Of a stretch of 64,000 nucleotides of DNA, positions 18,872-26,730 are shown piece by piece (the stretch's first letter is position 1; the number at the start of each line of letters is the position of its first letter). The notes under the pieces are model-generated. The model was not told where the DNA came from and made no database searches. It saw nothing but the letters and a program-made list of their open reading frames with translations. Where the stretch lies: the IMG/VR virus record IMGVR_UViG_3300005973_000002, one strand, 5' to 3'. This stretch comes from a virus. Lineage: Duplodnaviria; Caudoviricetes. A program made the translations under genes and the position numbers.

Positions 18872-18946
18872 TGCCCATGGAGGGAATCGAACCCACATTC
18901 ACCTAATTTTGAGTTAGGCTGCTTTGCCAGATTAGCATACACGGGC
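18872..18946 (-). tRNA. tRNA-Leu(CAA) with short variable loop
   Basis: CCTAA-CTCAAAA-TTAGG; 5-nt variable region. Confidence 0.85.
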
Positions 18947-18998
18947 ATCAATTTACAACATAATTTTTTGTCTTAAAGAAGAGTGTTGTTTATGTTAG

Positions 18999-19079
18999 CG
19001 GAGAGCAGCGGAATCGAACCGCCGTCGGTAGCTATCCGACGCCATCCCCAGGAGCGTTTCACTTCTCCCAAGACTCTCC
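18999..19079 (-). ncRNA. Ser-like tRNA lacking a normal D arm
   Basis: Acceptor GGAGAGT/GCTCTCC, G73, variable arm GTCGG/CCGAC and T arm present; one hairpin replaces the D and anticodon arms. Confidence 0.55.
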
Positions 19080-19081
19080 TA

Positions 19082-19155
19082 ATGGCCCATAAGGAATCGA
19101 ACCTCACTCTCCTGGAAATAAGCTCCAGGCGACCGTCTCAGCAGTCTGCAGCGCA
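19082..19155 (-). pseudogene. Degenerate tRNA-like element
   Basis: T arm and CCTGGA/TCCAGG stem present; acceptor poorly paired. Confidence 0.45.
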
Positions 19156-19257
19156 TGTATGTCTTTCCGTACTGTCATCCTGTTTCTTCAGGCAATAACT
19201 TCTCATTCGGGGAAGTCCCTATTTCTACACGTTGACGTCATTATGCAGAACGGTTAG

Positions 19258-19340
19258 TACCGGCGACAGGATTTGAACCTGCACTCACTTTCGTGAACTG
19301 GCTTCTAAGACCAGCATGTCTTCCATTCCATCACACCGGC
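19258..19340 (-). tRNA. tRNA-Leu(UAG)
   Basis: CTTAGAA loop, long variable arm. Confidence 0.92.
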
Positions 19341-19483
19341 AAATAAAACGTCGGCGTTCACCATCGGACTCGTTGACTATCAGCTAGGCGAACTCACCTC
19401 TTGGCTTACACGTCACATATAAGGAGTTACCATTAATTTCCATCCCCATAATGGTGGAAATTGATTCAGGCTCCGACGTTTAG

Positions 19484-19556
19484 TACACGGTACAGGAATT
19501 GAACCTGTCTAAGCCATCTTGTAAGGATGGTGCCTCCCCAGCCGGACCCACCGTGC
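19484..19556 (-). tRNA. tRNA-Val(UAC)
   Basis: CCATC-CTTACAA-GATGG. Confidence 0.88.
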
Positions 19557-19790
19557 TCATTTCTTACGCTCTGCTCTAAGAGCTTTAGTTTTTTTCAATG
19601 AAAGGTACATAAAATACAAGTTTAAAAAAACAACAATTAAAAGGGCTGTTCCGCTAAAAATTTGCCCTTGAGCTAATATCGTTACACCAACCAGCAAACA
19701 AAATATAATGGACATACTATACCAGTAACACTTGCGACGTTCGTTTTCGATTTCAAGCTCAAGAACTCTGCTTTCTAAATCTAGACTCAT
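19557..19790 (-). CDS. Small two-TM membrane protein
   Basis: Two hydrophobic segments. Confidence 0.55.
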   Translation of the reverse strand: MSLDLESRVLELEIENERRKCYWYSMSIIFCLLVGVTILAQGQIFSGTALLIVVFLNLYFMYLSLKKTKALRAERKK

Positions 19791-19986
19791 GCATTTCCTC
19801 TTTTAGGATTGATTCAATTGCCGTTAAACAATTTGGGCACCCAACAAGCCTACCAACCATTCTATTGTTGTTATACCAGTGATCTATGCTAGTGAAATGA
19901 AACTCCTTTCGGATATCCTTGTCACAAAGTGATTTTCTTTTGTGTTCTTCATGATTTCTAGTAATATGACATTGCCATTCTTTCAT
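19759..19986 (-). CDS. Hypothetical protein
   Basis: 75 aa with a CPNC motif. Confidence 0.5.
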   Translation of the reverse strand: MKEWQCHITRNHEEHKRKSLCDKDIRKEFHFTSIDHWYNNNRMVGRLVGCPNCLTAIESILKEEMHESRFRKQSS

Positions 19987-19999
19987 ATTTTTTCCTTAG

Positions 20000-20074
20000 A
20001 GCGGATAGAGGGATTCGAACCCTTCACCACCTGGTTGGAAGCCAGGCATGCTAGCCGTTAAACACCATACCCGC
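20000..20074 (-). tRNA. tRNA-Gly(UCC)
   Basis: CTTCCAA loop, U73. Confidence 0.92.
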
Positions 20075-20194
20075 ATCTTGAAAGTAACCAACTTTCCATC
20101 ACCTGGTGAGGGTGAGCCCGTTGAGCTTTTCGCATTACAGTGCTCGTACGAGAAACTTCATCTGTCATCAGGTTACCTAGGTAACCTGATGGCG

Positions 20195-20272
20195 TGGGGT
20201 GTCCGACGAGACTTGAACTCGCACTCTCTCGGGTCACAACCGAGCGCTCTAACCAATTAAGCTACGGACACC
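20195..20272 (-). tRNA. tRNA-His(GUG)
   Basis: G-1:C73 and CCA. Confidence 0.93.
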
Positions 20273-20278
20273 ATAATT

Positions 20279-20357
20279 TGGTCAGGGTAGCTGGATTCGA
20301 ACCAGCGGCCTCCTGCGTCCGAGGCAGGCACTCTAAACCAGACTGAGCTATACCCTG
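20279..20357 (-). tRNA. tRNA-Pro(CGG)
   Basis: Canonical, with CCA. Confidence 0.93.
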
Positions 20358-20366
20358 TTATGTTAG

Positions 20367-20440
20367 TCAGAGTGATAGGATTCGAACCTACAGCCTCCCG
20401 GATCCAAACCGGGTACTCTTCCAGATTGAGCTACACTCTG
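20367..20440 (-). tRNA. tRNA-Pro(UGG)
   Basis: Canonical; followed by CTAA. Confidence 0.92.
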
Positions 20441-20449
20441 ATGATTATT

Positions 20450-20527
20450 TGGTCGGGATGGAGGGATTCGAACCCACGACCTCTGGTACCCAAAACCAGC
20501 GCTCTACACAAGCTGAGCCACACCCCG
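20450..20527 (-). tRNA. tRNA-Pro(UGG)
   Basis: CTGGT-TTTGGGT-ACCAG; CCA. Confidence 0.92.
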
Positions 20528-20528
20528 T

Positions 20529-20762
20529 TTATTCACAAAGCTCTGGCAGCTTTGCTCTAAGAAAGTTGTTGTACTTGTTGATTCTCTTTGCTAAGTTGTC
20601 GCTATATTCGAGCAAGGAAGTTAACTCCGCTCTAATCGTATCTTCATATAGATTATGAAACTTTCTTAAATCTTCGACGACTTCAGATTGTTTCATCATC
20701 TGATTTACTTTTTCTTCAAGCGAGCCTTGAAGTTTCAGAGTTTTGTCTTTCTTGACAATCAT
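20529..20762 (-). CDS. Hypothetical coiled-coil protein
   Basis: ORF fills the gap between two tRNAs. Confidence 0.45.
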   Translation of the reverse strand: MIVKKDKTLKLQGSLEEKVNQMMKQSEVVEDLRKFHNLYEDTIRAELTSLLEYSDNLAKRINKYNNFLRAKLPELCE

Positions 20763-20785
20763 ATCATACCGTTCACAGGATTTAG

Positions 20786-20869
20786 CTCCTGGGGTAGGAA
20801 TCGAACCCACATACACCTTTCGGATCACCGGTTAACAGCCGGCCGCTTAAACCATTCAGCCACCCAGGA
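20786..20869 (-). tRNA. tRNA-Asn(GUU) with a 16-nt variable arm
   Basis: GCCGG-CTGTTAA-CCGGT; U1:A72, G73; variable GATCCGAAAGGTGTAT. Confidence 0.85.
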
Positions 20870-21176
20870 AAAAAGAGCCTAAGGCTCAAATCGTTTTTTG
20901 AGAGAGAACTGTTACAATGTCTTTCGGAAAAGAACCTTGGCAGTGTCAAACGCAATATTTCGAGGTCTGGAAGAGAAACCCTATCTCCCAATCAACTAGT
21001 CACAATTCGTCTTATCCAATATGAAAGTCTCTTCGTTACGACTTGCGAGTTTTATTCGTTCGTATCTTCACGTCTTACGGGGTCTAGCCTGCGTTTTCGG
21101 GGTTTAGGCTCCTCAAAATTGAGGATACGAACTAGTCATCTGTACTTCCATCGGCCTACTTTTGTACAGCGAGTTT

Positions 21177-21252
21177 TGGAGCTACCTTCGAGAATCGAAC
21201 TCGAATCTCACCCTTACCAAGGGCGTGTAATTGACCGTTATACTAAGGTAGC
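21177..21252 (-). tRNA. tRNA-Thr(GGU)
   Basis: TTGGTAA loop, CCA. Confidence 0.92.
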
Positions 21253-21260
21253 AAACTTAG

Positions 21261-21332
21261 CAGGGAGAGAAGGACTTCCACCTTCAACTTCCGGCTCAAT
21301 ACGCCGGGCTTTTGTCGTTAAGCTATCTCCCT
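21261..21332 (-). tRNA. Atypical tRNA with AUU (Asn) anticodon
   Basis: Fully paired cloverleaf; loop GTATTGA; non-canonical T loop TGGAAGT; G73. Confidence 0.6.
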
Positions 21333-21518
21333 ATAGTGGGCTTCAACTCTTATCTTTCGACAGCAAATGTTTTCTGTGCCATTCTACGCAGCCACGGTAA
21401 TAAGATAAACTTTGAAACCCAATGAAGTCCCTAACTTTACACGTGTCGTCAACTGCCAAATGACTTCAATTTACAGCGTTCTTTGGCACGTATAAAGCAC
21501 AAGATTTCTCTTGTTGAG

Positions 21519-21589
21519 AGCGGCTAGTGGGAGTCGAACCCACGCTCACAGCTTGGCAAGCTGTTGTACTACCGTAATACTTTAGCCGC
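21519..21589 (-). tRNA. tRNA-Gly(GCC)
   Basis: TTGCCAA loop, U73. Confidence 0.9.
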
Positions 21590-21899
21590 AAATCCCCAAT
21601 ATGGGGCGACACGTTCATTTACATATGTCAAACTTTTCTCTTTCTGTCCAAGGTCGGAAAGTAACCCAATATATCGGTTTACCTTTCTTATCGTATCCCA
21701 CAGGTTCTTTAACCCAAACCGCAAACACATCATATTGTTTTAGATCGGCTGTGCAGTGACCAATTCTACCCTTTTCAAGGTAGAAATCACTGTCAGGGTT
21801 ACCGATATCCTCGGTCAATTTTACCTAATGATTGAGGTATCCTTCATCTTCTATTTTCATATTTGCCTCCATTTGCAAAGTGCGCTCTTGGAGCCTTAG

Positions 21900-21973
21900 C
21901 AAGCTGTCTAGGACTCGAACCTAGAACATTTCCTTCGTAGGGAAGTATGATAATCCAATTTCACCAACAGCCC
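21900..21973 (-). tRNA. tRNA-Arg(ACG)
   Basis: CTACGAA loop. Confidence 0.88.
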
Positions 21974-21976
21974 ATT

Positions 21977-22444
21977 TTAATTATATCCGCCTTTACAATG
22001 TGTAGGTAATGTCGCATTACAATTTGGACATAAAAATCTTAGATTTTCTAATCTGTTATCATTTCTTATTCCATTTATATGGTCAAGAATCAATGATATC
22101 TTTTTTCCATTCCAATTATCATCCAATGGACACATAGAACAAGTGTAAGATATTAGTTTGTCTTTGACAATCCTATTTCTAAGAACAGATCTTGCAACTG
22201 TAGAATTTACTACAAATATATCTTTGTATCCTCTTTTGCTTAGAGATTTTGTCTGATACAAATAATTTGCCATTTCTTTTCTACCTAAAAAATGACTAGT
22301 GTCTATATTCCATTCTTTTATTTTCTTTTTTAGAGTTTTGTACGCAGAACTAGAAGCATTGCGCTCAAATTTATCTAAAACCATCTTGTAGCTCAATGAA
22401 ACTTTCACCGCTTCTTTTAGCGTTTTTTCTGTATATTGTTTCAT
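21977..22444 (-). CDS. HNH homing endonuclease
   Basis: CSMC...LDHINGIRNDNRLENLRFLCPNC; real start ATG 22444. Confidence 0.9.
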   Translation of the reverse strand: MKQYTEKTLKEAVKVSLSYKMVLDKFERNASSSAYKTLKKKIKEWNIDTSHFLGRKEMANYLYQTKSLSKRGYKDIFVVNSTVARSVLRNRIVKDKLISYTCSMCPLDDNWNGKKISLILDHINGIRNDNRLENLRFLCPNCNATLPTHCKGGYN

Positions 22445-22474
22445 AGAAATGCTCTTCCTTTGAGCTATGGGAGC
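22445..22474 (-). pseudogene. Orphan tRNA 5' half fused to the HNH start codon
   Basis: GCTCCCA-TA-GCTCAAAGGAAGAGC-A-TTTCT then ATG; D arm identical to tRNA-Arg(UCG) at 16614. Confidence 0.7.
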
Positions 22475-22500
22475 AAAGATAACTATCCTCAGCAAATCTA

Positions 22501-22588
22501 GTTTGCCGATGGGACTCGAACCCATACTGGACCGGGTTCGAGCTTTCGCCCTACTACCAGCGCCTCTGCCAAATTGGGCTACGGAGGA
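22501..22588 (-). ncRNA. tRNA-like element with an insert in the anticodon loop
   Basis: Leu-type D arm GCCCAATTTGGCAGAGGC; GCTGG/CCGGT stem around a 21-nt loop; T arm present; acceptor partly mismatched. Confidence 0.55.
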
Positions 22589-22592
22589 AAGT

Positions 22593-22669
22593 TGGAGCTG
22601 GCACAGGGAATCGAACCCTGATTTCTCGCTTACGAGGCGAGTGTAATGTGACCGTTATACTATGCCAGC
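22593..22669 (-). tRNA. tRNA-Thr(CGU)
   Basis: CTCGTAA loop, CCA. Confidence 0.92.
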
Positions 22670-22820
22670 AATGATTTAAATAGTTTCAATCTCTAAATTT
22701 CGTCGCTCGGGAAGGACTTCAACCTTCAGGCCCCTGAAAAGGGATTTGTTCCACTGACCTCCAGTGACGACGGAGTTGCACCGTCTACCCGCCCTGTTTC
22801 TCAGGGCGACAAAGATTTAG

Positions 22821-22894
22821 TTCCCAAGGGTGGATTCGAACCACCATCACATGGCTTCAGAGACCAGTATCATAAACCGTTAGACCACTTGGGA
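22821..22894 (-). tRNA. tRNA-Gln(CUG)
   Basis: CTCTGAA loop. Confidence 0.87.
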
Positions 22895-22950
22895 ATATCA
22901 AAAGAAATCTTTAAAATGCCTACTTTACGCCGACACGAGGTTTCTTTTAG

Positions 22951-23021
22951 CTCGGGGTGAGGGAATCGAACCCCCATTCATGGAGTCAAAGGCCATTGTC
23001 CTACCGTTGGACGAACCCCGA
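22951..23021 (-). tRNA. tRNA-Gln(UUG)
   Basis: CTTTGAC loop; U1:A72, G73. Confidence 0.9.
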
Positions 23022-23030
23022 AAAATCTAG

Positions 23031-23103
23031 CTCTGGGAGAGGGACTCGAACCCCCGACCAAGAAGTTAACAGCTTCCCGCTCTACCAACTGAGCTATCCC
23101 AGA
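23031..23103 (-). tRNA. tRNA-Asn(GUU)
   Basis: Canonical; U1:A72, G73. Confidence 0.93.
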
Positions 23104-23239
23104 ATATTGCGTATACCATACGCAGAAACAATAGGTAACCTATCTACTTTATATCTTTTGTCAGGATATCAATGACTATTGTCGTTTGTACCTCATTATT
23201 CAGAACAACTAATCCAAAATAAACTAGTTGAATTCCTTT

Positions 23240-23312
23240 TGGTACCACCGGAGAGAATTGAACTCTCACCCAAGTGCTTATGAAACACTGGTCCACGCCT
23301 TTGGTCGGTGGT
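23240..23312 (-). tRNA. tRNA(CAU), Met or Ile2, with reduced D arm
   Basis: AGTGT-TTCATAA-GCACT; CCA. Confidence 0.75.
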
Positions 23313-23323
23313 GTACCATATCA

Positions 23324-23405
23324 TGTACTCTATGGGATTTGAACCCATTTCTCCCTCCTTTTAAAGGGCGTTTTCTCCTGCCGAACCAAGCCTTTCCAGA
23401 GGTAA
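23324..23405 (-). pseudogene. Degenerate tRNA-like element
   Basis: T arm ATGGG-TTCAAAT-CCCAT intact; other arms poorly paired. Confidence 0.4.
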
Positions 23406-23454
23406 CCATGGATTCTCTAGCGGTATTTTTTCGGCTAAACTAAGAGCACATTAG

Positions 23455-23527
23455 TGGAACCTAAGGGATTTGAACCCTTGACCTTCTGTATGCCATACAG
23501 ATGCTCTCCCAACTGAGCTAAGGCCCC
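23455..23527 (-). tRNA. tRNA-Ala(GGC)
   Basis: G3:U70; ATGGCAT loop. Confidence 0.92.
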
Positions 23528-23538
23528 ATTAATTTGTT

Positions 23539-23614
23539 TGGTGGAGAGAAGGGGAATCGAACCCCTCACACGGTGCTTGCAAGGCGTCCTCGCCCCCTTG
23601 GAACATGCCACCCC
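23539..23614 (-). tRNA. tRNA-Ala(UGC)
   Basis: G3:U70; CCA. Confidence 0.85.
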
Positions 23615-23695
23615 AAATAACAAACCCGAAAGCAATACCCATGATCTGGGGATTGTAAACCACCACGTTCGTGGCCCCTAACTGCTTGGGTTGGT

Positions 23696-23771
23696 TGGTG
23701 TCACCCACAGGACTTGAACCTGTACGCCTCGGGCTTCAACCGAGCGCTCTACCAAATTGAGCTAGGGTGAC
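23696..23771 (-). tRNA. tRNA-Phe(GAA)
   Basis: CTCGG-TTGAAGC-CCGAG; CCA. Confidence 0.92.
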
Positions 23772-23772
23772 G

Positions 23773-24129
23773 TTAGTAGATAACTTTTACTGCGTGTCCT
23801 GCTTTTAGCAGGTCTTCATTTAAGGTTTCAGAAGAATCCTCAGGCGAAACGGTTACTATCCATCTTCCGTATTTACCTTGAAGCTTTTCGGACTCAATCA
23901 AGAATCTGTTTGGCGCTTTGGAAGCGAACCAGTTTTCCACAAATTCTTTAGCAGCCATACCTTTTTGGTATTCTTCGGATTCCTTCTTTACACCATATGT
24001 TTCTGGTGTATCTAATCCAGCAAGTCTTACTCGCACTTTGGTGCAAATTCTAAATCCTAGATCTACTGTAATGTCTAGAGTGTCGCCATCGACAACACGA
24101 TCAAGAGTTGCATAATAGTTGTGTACCAT
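23773..24129 (-). CDS. Thermonuclease (SNase-like) protein
   Basis: VVDGDT, RVRLAGLDTPE, KYGR, LNEDLLKAGHA. Confidence 0.88.
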   Translation of the reverse strand: MVHNYYATLDRVVDGDTLDITVDLGFRICTKVRVRLAGLDTPETYGVKKESEEYQKGMAAKEFVENWFASKAPNRFLIESEKLQGKYGRWIVTVSPEDSSETLNEDLLKAGHAVKVIY

Positions 24130-24154
24130 GTTAGTAAATATGGCACACGTTTAG

Positions 24155-24244
24155 TGTGTCCCTCCGGATTTGAACCAGTCGTCATAACCAACCCCACTTA
24201 TTTTTTGACAACGGTTTTACAGACCGCCGTGAGGAAAGGAACCC
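24155..24244 (-). ncRNA. D-armless Tyr(GUA)-like tRNA with a long variable region
   Basis: GCGGT-CTGTAAA-ACCGT; no D stem; about 32-nt variable region. Confidence 0.55.
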
Positions 24245-24271
24245 ATTCGATATTCAATTTTCAAAGATTAG

Positions 24272-24352
24272 TGGGGACGGTAGGAATCGAACCTACTTGC
24301 CCGAAGGCCACGGGGTTACAGCCCGCTGCCGTACCGTTACGGCGTCGCCCCC
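24272..24352 (-). tRNA. tRNA-Tyr(GUA)
   Basis: Canonical class II. Confidence 0.92.
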
Positions 24353-24470
24353 ATTAGAGATATATTTGCATTTTATATGCAGTGTTAACAAGGTATAAAC
24401 ATACTTTTGTCTTAAAATCGATTCATACAATCTACATTTGTCAGATGCTGGTAAATTAATGTTTGACATT

Positions 24471-24545
24471 TGGTAGCGGGTGAGGGATTCGAACCCCCGT
24501 CTCTTGGTTATGAGCCAAGCGAGATGACCACTTCTCCAACCCGCA
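24471..24545 (-). tRNA. tRNA-Met(CAU), initiator-like 1:72 mismatch
   Basis: T1/T72 mismatch, CTCATAA loop; lacks the three consecutive GC pairs in the anticodon stem. Confidence 0.85.
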
Positions 24546-24670
24546 ACAAAAAACTTATCGAACCGCCAACCTTACCCTTCATGGGTACATGACTGCTGGT
24601 CTCCACACCAGGGAGCCTAGTTGTGGAGAACTAGGCTCTCGTTCCTTAGCTGCTTTAAGGCAGCAAATAT

Positions 24671-24759
24671 TGGTAGCCAGGGCGAGATTCGAACTCGCAC
24701 TCCATTTTACTGGAACTGGATCCTTAGTCCAGCGGGTCTGCCAATTCCCCCACCTGGCC
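24671..24759 (-). tRNA. tRNA-Leu(AAG)
   Basis: CTGGA-CTAAGGA-TCCAG; long variable arm; A73; CCA. Confidence 0.88.
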
Positions 24760-24937
24760 ATATGAGGCTACCCCGATTTAGGGCGATTTAATCTGGATTC
24801 AAGTCCAGAACCTCCAAAAACTTTCATAACTTGTCTGGTGTTTGACGCACCAGGGCGTCAGTGTGGATATTGATACCCGCTTCACGCCATCAGCCTTTCG
24901 GCTTCCAATATTCGTTATGATTAGTGACCTCGACGGG

Positions 24938-25351
24938 TCATCTATATTGTTTTCTTTTCCAAGTTCGTAACCTATGACAATTAGAACAGACTAATTCACA
25001 TTTTTTAATTTCTTCCAAAAGTCGTTTTTGAGAGAAACCATTTACAATCCCATCTGACAATTCGAAACTTTTATTGCCAAGATGATCAAAGTCCATGCAA
25101 ACAGGATGGTATGTTTTTTCACAATCAACACAAGGTGATTTTTTTATCTCCCACAAAAAATCCTTATTAAGTTTTTTTCGTTTGCGATCATAAGCCTTTT
25201 CTTTCTTTTGATTATTTCTATAATAATCAACTCTTGCTTTCGCAGCACAAACTTTACAGTAGGCTTGTAAACCTTTTTTACCAGATTTGTACGTTCTTGA
25301 ATGAAAGGCTTTATTAGATTTTTCTATCTTACATTTTATACATGTTTTCAT
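24938..25351 (-). CDS. HNH endonuclease
   Basis: CxxC motifs; CVDC...DFDH...CELVCSNCHRLR. Confidence 0.88.
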   Translation of the reverse strand: MKTCIKCKIEKSNKAFHSRTYKSGKKGLQAYCKVCAAKARVDYYRNNQKKEKAYDRKRKKLNKDFLWEIKKSPCVDCEKTYHPVCMDFDHLGNKSFELSDGIVNGFSQKRLLEEIKKCELVCSNCHRLRTWKRKQYR

Positions 25352-25356
25352 AATAA

Positions 25357-25428
25357 TGACCCTACGGAGACTCGAACTCCGATCACGAGATTGAAAGACT
25401 CGTATCCTTGCCGTTAGACGATAGGGCC
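25357..25428 (-). tRNA. tRNA-Glu(UUC)
   Basis: CTTTCAA loop. Confidence 0.9.
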
Positions 25429-25475
25429 AAAGGGAAATCCTTATTCAGTTTTCAAGGAAGAAACTTAGTATATCA

Positions 25476-25547
25476 TCGTCCGAACAGGGATTGAACCTGT
25501 GACCTCTTCCGTGTCAAGGAAGCGCTCTCCCACTGAGCTACCGGACG
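25476..25547 (-). tRNA. tRNA-Val(GAC)
   Basis: TTGACAC loop. Confidence 0.92.
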
Positions 25548-25728
25548 GATTGTAAATATTGTTTTGCTCTTTCTAAAATCTCCACAGAATCCCTGAAAAG
25601 ACCTAATCCAGTATTACAACTACTGTAACGCTTGAAACTCCTGTTTGCAACTTTGACAAATCTTCGTTTCTTTTTTCTCTGTATCTCATGGTGTTAACAG
25701 TTTATCATGAGATAAAAAGACTGTTTAG

Positions 25729-25801
25729 TTGGCCCACTGGGAATCGAACCCAGATCTCAGCTTTATCAGAGCTGCGTGCTAAACCGCTCTACTATGGGCC
25801 A
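25729..25801 (-). tRNA. tRNA-Ile(GAU)
   Basis: CAGCT-CTGATAA-AGCTG. Confidence 0.92.
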
Positions 25802-25857
25802 ATAGTTTCATCAGACGGAGGGTGTACTGCCCAATATTTTTAACTATGTTATTTTGT

Positions 25858-26133
25858 TTACTTTTTGTCTAAATCTTCGATATCTTCAGGATACACATTT
25901 CCGTTTTCATCTCTCATGGGCTGATATTCTTCCCAACCCATAATTTCGTTTCTTTTCTGGGCTGCTTCCAGCCTGGTTTTTGCATTATATTCAGCAATCA
26001 GCTGAACCTTTTCTTTGAAAAATCCAAGACGGTATGCAATCGATTCTAGCCGATTTCTACGGCACTCGAAACTGTCTTTGGGTGATAGACTAATGCTGCC
26101 ATCATATTCATTTTCCCAGATTTGAAACAACAT
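25858..26133 (-). CDS. Hypothetical protein
   Basis: ORF starting after tRNA-Lys. Confidence 0.55.
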   Translation of the reverse strand: MLFQIWENEYDGSISLSPKDSFECRRNRLESIAYRLGFFKEKVQLIAEYNAKTRLEAAQKRNEIMGWEEYQPMRDENGNVYPEDIEDLDKK

Positions 26134-26144
26134 TGGTTTTCTCT

Positions 26145-26219
26145 TGGTGGGGCGCCTGGGAATCGAACCCAGCTCATTCGGCTTAAAAGGCCGTTGCATC
26201 GCCTTGATGCTAACACCCC
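26145..26219 (-). tRNA. tRNA-Lys(UUU)
   Basis: CTTTTAA loop, CCA. Confidence 0.92.
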
Positions 26220-26237
26220 AAATTTACATAGTTTATT

Positions 26238-26405
26238 TGGTGGAGCTTATTGAAGCTGTCGCCACCGGAATATTACATCCGAAACGTATTGCCCGGCGTC
26301 GCTTGTTCGGCGTCGGGGCGCCCGCCATTCCCTGCGAATCTCTTATTCTACCCTAGGTCGGCGCCAGTTTCAACCTCGTTTCCAGTTGAAACCTATTGCG
26401 TCTCA
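26238..26405 (-). ncRNA. Possible degenerate tmRNA-like RNA (about 165 nt)
   Basis: 5' GAGACGCAATAGGTTTCAAC resembles tmRNA 5' ends; 3' GCTCCACCA; GC-rich structured middle; no tag ORF seen. Confidence 0.3.
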
Positions 26406-26431
26406 AAATGTAACGAAGAAATTTAAAAGAC

Positions 26432-26653
26432 TCAGACAGTAGTTGCTGTCATTGCAGTCTGCATAGAATACTTCAGGCATTCAAGCTGAATGAGCGTCTT
26501 TTCAAGAACAACACCTGTGAGGCGCTCATCGCCATCCGTGCATTCCAATACAAAACTATGAACTTCACCTACGGTGAGTCGCCCATCTCGAATGGCAATT
26601 GCGAATCCCTTGACGAGATCATCAGCAGTATTAATTTGAAAGTTGCTGTACAT
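26432..26653 (-). CDS. Hypothetical protein
   Basis: 73 aa with upstream GGAGG. Confidence 0.55.
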   Translation of the reverse strand: MYSNFQINTADDLVKGFAIAIRDGRLTVGEVHSFVLECTDGDERLTGVVLEKTLIQLECLKYSMQTAMTATTV

Positions 26654-26730
26654 GTTTCCTCCTTAGGGATTTCTAAGGCTAAGGAAGGATAACATCCCAG
26701 GGTTTGAGAGTAAACCTTATTTCAAATTTC

